DNA from: Squalus acanthias
Lineage: Eukaryota
Direction: 5' to 3'
DNA length: 64,000 nt
Assembly: GCA_030390025.1 (NCBI GenBank)
Contig: CM059432.1
Span: forward strand, 139,936,001 to 140,000,000
Shown: positions 50,003 through 62,096 of the stretch, piece by piece
Layout: each line of letters starts with the position of its first letter
Position numbering within the stretch: the stretch's first letter is position 1
Translations under genes and position numbers: made by a program
Notes under the pieces: generated by a model
What the model was told of the DNA's origin: nothing
What the model saw: the letters and a program-made list of their open reading frames with translations, nothing else
Databases searched by the model: none

Positions 50003-50294
50003 TCTACCACCTAGAAGGACAAGGGCAGCAGGTACACGGGAATACCACCTCCTCCAAGTTCCCCTCCAAGTCACACACCATCCTGACTTGCAAATATATC
50101 GCCGTTCCTTCATCGTCGCTGGGTCAAAATCCTGGAAATCCCTCCCTAACAGCACTGTGGGAGTACCTTCACCACACGGACTGCAGCGGTTCAAGAAGGC
50201 GGCTTACTAGCACCTTTTCAAGGGCAATTAGGGATGGGCAATAAATGCTGCCTTTGCCAGCGACGCCCACATCCCATAAAACGAACTAAAAAAG
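50003..50294 (+). mobile_element. 3' fragment of the same LINE family; its upstream part lies at 46794-46838
   Basis: ...CTCCCAAATGCACGACCT at 46838 continues as TCTACCACCTAGAAGG at 50003. Confidence 0.88.
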
Positions 50295-50309
50295 ACAGAT
50301 GTGCAATAG

Positions 50310-51038
50310 ATTGCAAATTAACAGAAACCCATGAGCCTTTGCTTGGTTGCTCCATTTGCAGGCAGCCAATGTCATCGATCACTGAATAACTAAAGTATCT
50401 CCATGCTGCATTTCCACAACTTCCTGCAGTTTCCATTGCAGTCCATACCACGTGGCAACAACAAATCTTGTTGCACCAAAAAACGTTGCTTATGGCCTTG
50501 CTCAGTTGTGTGTTGTGAACATGATTTTGCAAATAAGGTGGTCAACCGGTCAGTTTTCGGAAACCCCCGCCTGTGCGGAATGGCATAAGCCGAACTTTGC
50601 TGCAGCAAACTTGATTGTTACCGCTCGATATGAATTGCAGCACAAACTGTGAGAAAGATTCAAATTTTGGCCGGGCGACAACTTAGCCATTAATTCCACT
50701 TTGCAGTGTCAGGCTGCCTGCAACTAGAGTTATCCAGGCAATGGCTTCAAGTATTTTGCGAATTGTAATCTATTACCCTGCGGTTCCTTTGACAGTCCTG
50801 CGTTTTGCTGTTACTTCACAGCTGAAGGTCCTGAGATTCCATGGCAATTCTCCTGATCTCCTGCCGTAACTTCAGCGGATGATCAGTCCAATCCACCACC
50901 ACCCCCCACCCCACCCCACCAAGAAATGGCAAATTGGGCTGAAAAGTGGCTATTTATGGAGTATCTCCGGGGGTTCTATTGATCTCCCACTGAAATTGTG
51001 GTGAGAGATTAGGAGATCCCCCATGAAAACTTAGGGCT
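50310..51038. mobile_element. Decayed Harbinger-like MITEs (about 50310-50673 and 50825-51038)
   Basis: TIR-like ends CAAATTTTGGCC and GAAAACTTAGGGC, with internal inverted symmetry. Confidence 0.4.
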
Positions 51039-51389
51039 GCTCTCTACAAAGGGGTGAAAGGTTGAATTGTAACTTTTTGCTATCTTTATTTGAAATAATT
51101 CTGTAACTGAGGGCACATGAGCTGCTTTTGATGTATTCCTTGTAACTGGATTGTTTTTGGATGGCTAAGCCATAGCTACCTCAGGAAAGTTTGCCATATT
51201 TGACCAGCTCTTAATAAAAATGGACTACAGTTATTTTATTATTATTGTTTTTGTTCTTTAAGGTTATTTTTATATCCTTGCCAAAATCCATCTCTTCCTC
51301 CCTCTCCTGAAACCATTGATCCCTTGCTGGCGTACAGCTTTATGAAAGCCAGTTTTCTGGTACCATGTCCAACTAACGTATTCAAGAAC

Positions 51390-51778
51390 ATTACATAGAA
51401 TTACATAGAATATACAGCACAGAAACAGGACATGCAGCCCGACCAGTCCATGCCAGTGTTTATGCTCCACTCAAGCCAGCTCCCAATCTTTCTCATCTAA
51501 CTTTATCAGCATAACCCTCTATTCCCTTCTCTCTCATATGCTTATCTAGCTTCTCCTTAACTGCATCTATACTATTTGCCTCAACCACTCCCTGTGGTAG
51601 CAAGTTCCACATTCTCACCACTCTCTGGGTAAAGAAGTTTTTTCTGAATTCCCTATTGGATTTCTTGGTGACTATCTTATATTGGTGGCCTCTAGTTTTG
51701 CTCTTCCCCACAAGTGGAAACACGCTCTCTGTGTCTACTCTATCAAAACCTTTCATAATTTTAAAGACCTCTATTAGG
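51390..51778 (-). mobile_element. CR1 LINE 3' fragment
   Basis: ORF 51493-51792 (TRGHQYK...FFTQRVVRMWN) plus tail. Confidence 0.9.
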
Positions 51779-51949
51779 ACAGTGGATATCACCAGCCTAA
51801 TGTTTTATTACTTGTTTTGGGGATATGGGTGACACTGGCAAAGCCGCATTTATTGCCTGTCCCTTGTTGCAATAAACAAATATAGGCCATAGGAAGCAAC
51901 CTGACATGTTTCTCCTCTAGTTTATGGCCCTTTCACTACACTCCTACTG

Positions 51950-54222
51950 GAATAAAAACAGAAAATGCTGGAAATACTCAGCAGGTCAGGCAGCATCTGT
52001 AGAGCGAGAAACAGAGTCAACGTTTCAGGTCTGTGACCCTTCGTCAGAACTGGAAAAAGTTAGAGATGTAACAAGTTTTTAAGCAAGTGCAGGGGCAGGG
52101 AAAGGGGGGTGGGGGGTGGAAAAAACAAAGGGGAGGTCTGTGCTAGGATGGAAGGCAGGAGAGATTAAGAGACAAAAGGGGTGATGGTGCAAGGCAAATG
52201 GAGATGGTAATGGGACAAGTTAAGAAACAAAAGATGATTCTAGATGAGTTGTAAATGGCAATGGCAGAATGATCGACAGCTGCCATGTGAGAGAAAAAAG
52301 GGAAAAGGAAAAAAAAAATAGGGGCCGAGGTTATAGTTTGAAATTGTTGAACTCGATGTTGAGTCCAGAAGGCTGTAAAGTGCCTAGTCGAAAGATGAGG
52401 TGCTGTTCCTCGAGCTTACGTTGAGCTTCATTGGAACAATGTAAGATCCGAGGATGGAGAAATCAGAGTGGGGGTGGAGCAGAGAATTAAAGTGACAGGT
52501 GACCAGAAGCTCGGGGTCACCCTTACAGACTGAACGGAGGTGTTCTGCAAAGCAGGCACCCAATCTGCGTTTGGTCTCCCCAATGTAGAGCTAAAGTATA
52601 CTAAATTGCAAGAAGTACAAGTAAATCGTTGTTTCACCTGGAAGGAGTGTTTGGGGCCCTGGACAGTGGGAAGGGAGGAGGTAGAAGGGCAGATGTTGCA
52701 TCTCCTGCGCTTGCACAGGAAGGTGCCGTGGGAAGGGGAAGGGGTGTTGTGGGTGATATAGGAGTGGACCAGGGTGTCGCGGAGGGAGCGGTCCCTTCGA
52801 AATGCTGAAAGGGGAGGAGAGGGGAAGATGTGTTTGGTGGTAGGATCACGCTGGAGGTGGCGGAAATGGCGGAGGATGATCCGTTGAATGTGGAGGCTGG
52901 TGGGGTGAAAGGTGAGGACAAGGGGAACCCTATCGTGGTTCTGGGAGGGAGGGGAAGGGGTGAGAGCAGAAGTGCGGGAAATAGAACGGACACGGTCAAG
53001 GGCCATGTCAACCACGGTAGAGGGGAATCCTCAGTTGAGGAAAAAAGAAGACATATCGTAAGCACTGGTATGGAAGGTGGCATCGTCAGAGCAGATGCGG
53101 CGGAGCTGGAGACACTGGGAGAATGGAATAGAGTCCTTACAGGAAGCGGGGTGGGAGGAAGTGTAGTCCAGGTAGCTGTGGGAGTCAGTGGGCTTATAGT
53201 GAATGTTTGTCAATAGCTTATCCCCAGAAATGGAGACAGAGAAGTCGAGGAAGGGAAGGGAAGAGTCAGAGATGGATCATGTGAAGGTGACGGAATGTGG
53301 AAATTGGAAGCAAAGTGAATGAAATTTTCTAGTTCAGGGCAAGAGCAGGAAACGGCACCGATACAGTCATCAAAGAGGTGAGGGAGGGGCCCTTGAGTAG
53401 GACTGGAACAAAGAATGTTCCACATATCCCATGAAAAGGCAGGTATAGCTAGGACCCATGCTGGTTCCCATAGCAACACCTTTAATTTGGAGGAAGTGAG
53501 TGGAGTCAAAGGAGAAGTTGTTCAATGTGAGAACAAGTTCAGCCAGGCGGAGGAGGGTGGTGGTGGATAGGAACTGGTTGGGTCTCTGTTCAAAGAAGAA
53601 GCGGAGCGCTCTCAGGCCATCCTGGTGGGGAATGGAGGTGTAGAGGGATTGTACGTCCATAGTGAAAAGGAGACGGTTGGGGCCAGGAAACTGGAAACTG
53701 TTAAAGTGGCGGAGGGCGTCGGAAGAGTCGCGGATGTAGGTGGGAAGAGACTGGACAAGGGGAGAAAAAATAGAGTTGAGATAGGAAGAGATAAGTTCTG
53801 TGGGGCAAGAAGAGGCTGAAACGTTGGGTCTACCAGGGCAGTCCTGTTTGTGGATCTTGGGAAGGATGTAGAAGCGGGCTGTGTGGGGTTAGGGAACTAT
53901 GAGGTTGGTGGCCGTGGAGGAAAGATCTCCAGAAGAGTTGAGGTCAGTGACAGGTCAGTGATAGTCTTGGAAATGATGGCTTGATGTTCGGTAGTGGGGT
54001 CATGGTCCAGGGGGAGGTAAGAAGAGGTGCCAGAGAGTTGACTTTCAGCCTCCGCTAGGTAGAGGTTGGTTCGCCAAACAACAACAGCGCCACCTTTGTC
54101 AGCAGGTTTAATGACAATGTTGGGGTTGGATCTGAGAGAATGGAGTGCTGCAAGTTCAGAGGGAGGTAGGCTGGAGTGAGTGAGGGGAGCAGAGAAATTG
54201 AGACGGCCGATGTCACGCCGGC
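51950..54222 (-). mobile_element. Penelope-like element (Neptune-type), 5'-truncated and decayed
   Basis: RT motifs IKPADKGGAVVV, MDVQSLYTSIP, KGVAMGTSMGP and IHYKPTDSHSYL. It also has a CKRRRCNIC linker and the GIY-YIG C-terminus RKLEEQHLIFRLGTLQPSGLN. Confidence 0.93.
52012..52053 (-). ncRNA. Minimal type I hammerhead ribozyme in the Penelope 3' repeat
   Basis: The minus strand reads AGTT-CTGACGA-A-GGGTC ACA GACCT-GAAA-CGTT-GACT. Confidence 0.78.
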
Positions 54223-54258
54223 ACGTTTGAAATGAAAAGAGTCCGACTGGAGTTGTGA

Positions 54259-54588
54259 CACAAGCCCTAGAACCCTCTGAGAACTCCAGACTCCTCCAAT
54301 TCTGGCCTCGTGCACATCTCCTATTTCCTTCGTCCTTCCGTTGGCGGCCGTGCCTTCAGCTGCCTGGGCCCTAAGCTCTGGAATTCCCTCCCTAAACCTC
54401 TCCGCCTCTCTCTCCTCCTTTAAGTCACTCCTTAAAACCTACCTTTTTGAACAAGCTTGTGGTCACCTGTCCTAATATCACCTCATGTGGCTCGGTGTCA
54501 AGTGTTTGTCTGATAACGCTCCTCCGAAGGGCCCTGGGATGTTTTACTACGTTAAAGGTGCTACATAAATGCAAGTTGTTTGTTGTTG
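54259..54588 (+). mobile_element. L2 3' fragment
   Basis: Matches 6920-7254. Confidence 0.88.
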
Positions 54589-54714
54589 CGTGCGCCAGAA
54601 ATAGCGTGGAGTTTCGGGTCGTCAATCTCAGGAGAGCTGCTGAGTTCAATCACTTTGTGGCAGTAACATGGCAGGGCTGCTCAGTTTCATCAGGCTGTTA
54701 CGTCCCTCAAATTT

Positions 54715-55200
54715 CAGGGTGGCACTTGCATTGCCCTGCGAGCTCCACAGCCAATCTTTTGAATGGTCTTAAAGGAGAGGGGGCTACCAGTCTCTCAATG
54801 TACAAATCGTCTGTGACCAGCTGCAGAGGATTTTTCATGTCAATGCCAAAAATGCAGGCAGCTGTCACAACGCTTTTGTGCTGAGGCATTCCGGCCTCCC
54901 TTATCTATTCAGGGAAGAGAGTCATTGTTCAGGGTGGCTTTTGGGCGATAAGGCTCACTCCTCGCTGCCAGACATCATGACCCCACTGAAAGTGCCAAGA
55001 ACACACAGAGAGCTTTGGTGTAACAAGGCCATTCGTCTACACGAGTTATAATCGAGAGAACTTGAGAGGTCCTGAACAGGAGTTTTCACTGCCTGGACAG
55101 ATCAGGAGGGACACCTCAATGTGCGCCTGAGCAGGCCTCTTGCATTGTCGTTGCATGTTGTGCCCTTTGCGACTTTGCGATTGAGAAAGGCCTGGAAATG
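54715..55200 (+). pseudogene. Harbinger (HARBI1-like) DDE transposase remnant
   Basis: Manual translation gives GGTCIALRAP, then GYQSLNVQIVCDQLQRIFHVNAKNAGSCHNAFVLRHSG...GWLLGDKAH...IMTPL. After a frameshift it reads TRVIIERT*EVLNRSFHCLDRSGG...IVVACCAL. Not captured by the ORF track. Confidence 0.85.
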
Positions 55201-55476
55201 GAGATGCCAGAGGAGGAAATCCTGAGCTGTTTTGGAGACAGCAGAGCATGGGATGGAGTCTCAGAAGGTGCATTACTCTGAGGAATTGACATTGGCAGCT
55301 GCAAAGGGAGATTCGGTGGAAGATAATTAACGATGGATTCTCATCTGATTAAATATTTATCTTGGTCAACACGACAATTACTACATTTACCCAACCTTCA
55401 TGATAACTCCAATCCCTCAATTCTGAAAATAACTTAAAGCCTCACTACTCAAACATACCACTTTGCCCCACCACAC

Positions 55477-58400
55477 GGGAATGGTAGCATAGTGGTTATG
55501 TTACTGGACTAGTAATCCAAAGGCCTGGACTAATAATCCGGAGACGTGAATTCAAATTCAGTTAATTAAATAAATTGGAATAAAAATCTAGTATCAGTAA
55601 TGGTGACCATGAAATTATCGGATTGTCGTAAAAACCTTTAGGGAAGGAAATCTGCCGTCCTTATCTGGTCTGGCCTATATGTGACTCCAGACCGACAGCA
55701 ATGTGGTTGACTCTTAACTGCCCTCTGAAATGGCCTAGCAAGCCAGAAAACAATAACAGAACAAAAAAATAACTGGACGGACCTCGGACATGACAACGGC
55801 ACATCCAGCCCAGTCGACCCTGCAAAGTCCTCCTCATTAACATCTGGGGAATTGTGTCAAAATTGGGAGAGTTGTCACACAGCCTGAAATAGTAATACTA
55901 ACAGAATCATACCTTTCAGCCAATTTCCCAGACTCCTCCATCACCATCCCTGGGTATGACCTGTCCCACCGGCAGGACAGACCCACCAGGGGTGGCGGTA
56001 CTGTGGTATACTGTTGGGAAGGAGTGGCCCTGGGAGTCCTCAACATTGACTCCGGACCCTATGAAGTATCTTGGCTTCAGGTCAAGCATGGGCAAGGAAA
56101 CCTCCTGCTGATCACCACCTACCGCCCTCCCTCAGCTGATGAATCAGTACTCCTCCATGTTGAACACCACTTGGAAGAAGCCCTGAGGTTGGCAAGGTCA
56201 CAGAATGTACTCTGGGTGAGGGAGTTCAATGCCCATCACCAAGAGTGGCTCGGTAGCACCACTACAGACTGAGCTGGCCGAGGCCTGAAGGACATAGCTG
56301 CCAGACTGGGCCTACGGCAGTTGGTGAGAGAATCAACATGAGGGAAAAACCTACTTGACCTCGTCCTCACCAATCTACCAGATGCATCTGTCCATGACAG
56401 CAGTGTTAGCAGTGACCACCGCACAGTCCTTGTGGAGACGAAGTCCCCATCTATACACTGAGGGCATCCTCCATCGTGTTGTGTGGCACTGCCACCATGC
56501 TAAATGGGATAGAGTCAGAACAGATCTAGCAGCTCAAAACTGGGCATCCATGAGGTGCTGTGGGCCATCAGCAGCAGAAGAATTGTATTCCACCACAATC
56601 TGTAACCTCAAGGCCCGGCATATCCCTCACTCTACCATTACCATCAAGCCAGGTGACCAACCCTGGTTCAATGAGGAGTGCAGAAGAGCATGCCAGGAGC
56701 ATGGGGAAGCTGCAACACAGGACTACATGCACACTAAACAGTAGAAGCAACCTGCTATAGACAGAGCTAAGCGATCCCACAATCAACGGATCAGATCAAA
56801 GCTCTGCAGTCCTGTCACATCCAGTCGTGAATGGTGGTGGACCATTAAACAACTAACGGGAGAGGGAGGCTCCATGAATATCGCCATCCTCAATGATGGT
56901 GGAGCCCAGCACGTGAGTGCAAAAGACAAGGCTGAAACGCTTGCAACCATCTTCAGCCAGAAGTGCCGAGTAGATGATCCATCTCGGCCTCCTCCTGACG
57001 TCCCCACCATCACAGAAGCCAGTCTTCAGCCAATTCGATTCACTCCACGTGATATCAAGAAACAGCTGAGCGAACTGGACACAGCAAAGGCTATGAGCCC
57101 CGACAACATCCCGGCTGTCGTGCTGAAGATTTGTGCTCCAGAACAAGCCGCGCCTCTAGCCAAGCTGCTCCAGTACAGCTACAACACTGGCATCTACTTG
57201 ACAATGTGGAAAACTTCCCAGGTATGTCCTGTCCACAAAAAGCAGGACAAATCCAATCCGGCCAATTACTGCCCCATCAGTCTACTCTCAATCATCAGCA
57301 AAGTGATGGAAGGTGTCGTTGACAGAGCTATCAAGTGGCACTTACTCACCAATAACCTGCTCACTGATGCCCAGTTTGGGTTCCGCCAGGACCACTCGAC
57401 TCCAGACCTCATTACAGCCTTGGTTCAAACATGGACAAAAGAGCTGAATTCCAGAGGTGAGGTGAGAGTGACTGCCCTTGACATCAAGGCAGCATATGAC
57501 CGAGTGTGGCATCAAGGAGCCCTAGTAAAATTGAAGTCAATGGAAATCAGGGGAAAGACTCTCCACTGGCTGGAGTCATACCTAGCACAAAGGAAGATGG
57601 TTGTGGTTGTTGGAGGCCAATCATCTCAGCCCCAGGACATCGCTGCAGGAGTTCCTCAGGGCAGTGTCCTCGGCCCAACCATCTTCAGCTGCTTCATCAA
57701 TGACCTTTCCTCCATCATAAGGTCAGAAATGGAGATGTTCGCTGATGATTGCACAGTTTTCAGTTCCATTCACAACTCCCCAGAAAATGAAGTCGTCCAT
57801 GCCCGCATGCAGCCTGCCCTGGACAACATTCAGGCTTGGGCTGATAAATGGTAAATAACATTCGCGCCACATAAGTGCCAGGCAATGACTATCTCCAACA
57901 AGCGAGAGTCTAACCACCACCCCTTGACATTCAATGGCATTACCATCGCCGTATCCCCCAACATCAACCTCCTGGGGGTCATCATTGACCAGAAACTTAG
58001 CTGGACCAGTCACATAAATACTGTGGCTACAAGAGCAGGTCAGACGCTAGGTATTCTGTAGTGAGTGTCTCACCTGACTCCCCAAAGCCTTTCCACCATC
58101 TACAAGGCACAAGTCAGGAGTGTGATGGAATACTCTCCACTTGCCTGGATGAGTGCAGCTCCAACAACACTCAGGAAGCTCAACACCATCCAGGACAAAG
58201 CAGCCCCGCTTGATCGGTACCCCACCCACCACCTTAAACATTCACTCCCTCCACCACCGGCGTACTGTGGCTGCGGTGTGTACCATCTACAAGATGCACT
58301 GCAGCAACTCGCCAAAGCTTCTTCGACAGCACCTTCCAAATCCGTGACCTCTACCACCTAGAAGGACAAGGGCAGCAGGCGCATGGGAACACCATCACCT

Positions 58401-58639
58401 GCAAGTTGCCCTCGAAGTTACACACCATCCTGACTTGGAAATATTTTGCCATTCCTTCATCGTCGCTGGGTCAAAATCCTGGAACTTCCTCCCTAACAGC
58501 ACTGTGGGAGTACCTTCACCACATGGACTGCAGCGGTTCAAGAGGGTGGCTCACCACCACCTTCTCAAGGGCAATTAGGGATGGGCAATAAATGCTGGCC
58601 TTGCCAGCGACACCCACATCACAGGAACGAATAAAAAAA
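55477..58639 (+). mobile_element. tRNA-headed CR1-group LINE, copy 3 (near full length, decayed)
   Basis: Head GGGAATGGTAGCATAGTGG, APE in 56003-56272, RT in 56874-57854 (ALDIKAAYDRVWH, AGVPQGSVLGP, MFADD), and an A-rich tail. Possible TSD ACAC. Confidence 0.93.
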
Positions 58640-58659
58640 ACACCTTGCAAGAAATTATG

Positions 58660-59878
58660 ACCGCATTGAAAAACTAAGCATAGCTGAGGCAGGGGCGGAG
58701 TCAGGTAATGTTACAGAGGTGGAAGTAGATAGTCTTTGTGATGGTGCGGATACGCTCAGCTTGGGGTCGAATAGGATTCTGAGCTTGTGAACAACTTGGT
58801 TTAACCTGAGACAGTGGCTAGGGAGGGGGATAGAATTGTTGGGAAAGGTTGGAATTTGTGGCGGGGGCTGAAGACAATGGCTTTGGTCTTCCCAATGTTT
58901 TACTGGAGGAAATTGCAGCTCATCCAAGATTGGATGTTGGACAAGCAGCCTGACAATGCAGAGGCAGTGGAGGAGTCAAGAGAAGTGGCGGAGAGGTTGA
59001 GCTGGAGTTGTCAGCGTACACGTGGAAGCTGACTCCATGTTTCTGGATGATGTTGCCAAGAGGCATCATGTAGATGAGGAAGAGGAGGGGGCCGATGATA
59101 GATCCTTGGGGAATGGCACAGGGGTTGGAAGAGAAGTCATTACTGAACATGGTCTGGCTATGATTGGATAGGTAAGAGTGGATTCAAAAAGGGCAACCCT
59201 ACCGAGCTGGACAACGGTGGCATAGTGGTTAGCACTGTGGGCAACACGGTGGCATAGTGGTTAGCACTGTTGCCTCACAGCGCCAGGGACCCGGGTTCGA
59301 ATCCGGCCTCGGGTGACTGTCTGTGAGAAGTTTGCACATTCTCCCCGTGTCTGCGTGGGTTTCCTCCGGGTGCTCCGGTTTCCTCCCACAGTCCAAAGAT
59401 GTGCGGGTTAGGTTGATTTGGCTATGATAAATTGACCCTTAGTGTTAGGGGGATTAAATACGTGGGGATAGGGTGGGATATGTGTCGGTGCAGGTTCGAT
59501 GGGCCGAAATGGCCTCTATCTGCACTGTGGGGATTCTGTGATTCTGTGAACAGAGATGAGGCGTTTGAGGAGGATGGTGTGGTTGACCGTGTCAAAGGTT
59601 GCAGAGAGGTCGAAGATCTCATCTGTAACTTTAGCTAGGGCTGTTTCAGTGCTGTGGCAGGGGCGGAAACCTGATTGGAGAATTCAAACAGGGAGTTGTG
59701 GGAAAGATGGGCACGAATTTGAGAGGCGACAACACGTTCAAGGACTTTGGAGAGGAAAGGGAGGTTGAAGATGGGGCAATAGTTTTCCAGGACAATGGAA
59801 TTGAGGGTGGATTTTTTGAGTAGGTGGTTGTGACAGCGGGTTTGAAAGGGAGGGGGACAATACCTGAGGAGAGAGGAT
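58660..59878 (-). mobile_element. Older L2 fragment interrupted by an HE1-like SINE
   Basis: IPQGSIIGPLLFLIYM and HVYADN in ORF 58920-59150; collinear with 15750-16680. Confidence 0.85.
59214..59549 (+). mobile_element. HE1-like V-SINE with a duplicated 5' head
   Basis: A box TGGCATAGTGG, B box GGTTCGAATCC, V-domain CGTGGGTTTCCTCCGGGTGCTCCGGTTTCCTCCCACA, and a CR1-type tail (GATTCTGT)n. Confidence 0.9.
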
Positions 59879-60728
59879 GAAGGATGAGAAAAAAATTACT
59901 AGCCATTGATGAGGTTAGACATTTCTAAAAATCAGGTCAGAAGCAGGACAACATACCATCTTAATTATGATTTGTGGTTGCTCCAACTGGATTTTGTCTC
60001 TGGTTTCAGTAGGGCAGTACTTTAATTTGGCAACAGGGGTAACATCCTTGATCTCTGGTAACATGCCCTTGTTGGGGCTCCTGCGAGATCTATCTGCAGC
60101 AACAGTGCATCCTGTACATGGACACTAGCACCTGCAACAGTCTCACAGGGATTCTTCTCAATAACAAAACTCCAGATGTTATGAGTACTACTAATTAATT
60201 TATCTTTCCTCTTTAAACAATATCTTGACTGTATCATTTTCCATCCAGATGATCTACTCAGGGAATGACAGTATTTTTGGCATTTTAGTTGTTGGGCAGC
60301 AAACAGGGATGAATGATTGCGATTTAGGACAGCTTTATTTCATCTTGTGAAATGATTGCCCAAGACTCACGTGCACATTTTATATTCAAATATTGCTTTC
60401 ACAGTTTCATTGTAGGTTTGTTATTTTAAGACATGCTGATGAAGGCTGATAGATCCCATAATAGGCTTATCAGAGTCAGATGTCTCACACTAGAGTCTGA
60501 CGCAGGAGGACTATCTTTGACTACTCTGATTTCAGTAAACTGTTTACAGGAGGGCTGTAGTGTTGCTTCCTGAACAAACTACCTGCCAGCTATATGTCAG
60601 GATGCAATACACTGAACTGCGTGCGGGACGTAACGTTAAGCTTCTCAAAGGCGGTGGAGGCCCACAGTGTGTAAAAATTTGGGCGTACCTGTAATTATTA
60701 TCATTCGTGGCCTCAGGGCTCAACTATG

Positions 60729-61970
60729 TTTTTTTTAATTATTCGTTTATGGGATCAGGGCGTCGCTGGCAAGGTCGGCATTTATTGCCCATCCCTAGTT
60801 GCCCTTAAGAAGGTGGTGGTGAGCCGTCTTCTTGAACCGCTGCAGTCCGTGTGGTGATGGTACTCCCACAGTGCTGTTAGGTAGGGAGTTCCAGGGTTTT
60901 GACCCAGCGATGATGAAGGATCGACGAAATACTTCTAAGTCAGGATGGTGTGTGACTTGGAGGGGAACTTGCAGGTGATGGTGTTCCCATGCGCCTGCTG
61001 CCCTTGTCCTTCTAGGTGGAAGAGGTCGCGGGTTTGGGAGGTGCTGCCGAAGAAGCCTTGGTGAGTTGCTGCAGTGCATCTTGTAGATGGTACACACTGC
61101 AGCCACGGTACGCCGGTGGTGGAGGGAGTGAATGTTTAAGGTGGTGGGTGGGGTGCCAATCAAGCGGGCTGCTTTGTCCTGGATGGTGTCGAGCTTCTTG
61201 AGTGTTGTTGGAGCTGCACTCATCCAGGCAAGTGGAGAGTATTCCATCACACTCCTTACTTGCGCCTTGTAGATGGTGGAAAGGCTTTGGGGAGTCAGGA
61301 GGTGAGACACTCGCCGTAGAATACCTAGCCTCTGACCTGCTCTTGTTGCCACAGTATTTATGTGGCTGGTCCAGTTAAGTTTCCATTTAATGGTGGCCCC
61401 CAGGATGTTGATAGTTGGGGATTCGGCGATGGTTATGCTGTTGAATGTCAAGGGGAGGTGGTTAGACTCTTTTTTGTTGGAGATAGTCATTGCCTGGCAC
61501 TTCTGTGGAGCGAATGTTACTTGCCACTTATCAGCCCAAGCCTGAATGTCGTCCAGGTCTTGTTGCATGCGGGCATGGACTGCTTCACTATCTCTGGAGT
61601 TGTGAATTGCGCTGAACACTGTGCAACCATCAGCGAACATCCCCATTTCTGACCTTATGTTGGAGGGAAGGTCATTGATGAAGCAGCTGAAGATAGTTGG
61701 GCCTAGGACACTGCCCTGAGGAACTCCTGCAGCGATGTCCTGGGGCTGTGATGATTGACCTTCAACCACCACAACCATCTTCCTTTGTGCTAGGTATGAC
61801 TCCAGCCAGTGGAGCGTTTTCCCCCTGATTCCCATTGACTTCAGTTTTACTAGGGCTCCTTGATGCCATACTCGGTCAAATGCTGCCTTGATGTCAAGGG
61901 CAGTCACTCTCACCTCACCTCTGGAATTCAGCTCCTTTGTCTATGTTTGGACCAAGGCTGCAATGAGGTC
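60729..61970 (-). mobile_element. 5'-truncated copy of the tRNA-headed LINE family with an open RT/C-terminal frame
   Basis: 372-aa ORF at 60795-61913, with the family tail at 60729-60800. Confidence 0.93.
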
Positions 61971-62096
61971 GGGAGGTTTTTCACCTCGTTTGGGTCCAGT
62001 TAAAGCTCAAGGAGTTCTGGCTTCAGTAGATGCCTTTAAATTCTGGAGCTGGACGATATTCCATAGACCAGTTGTCATTTTGCAACAAAGAAGTGA

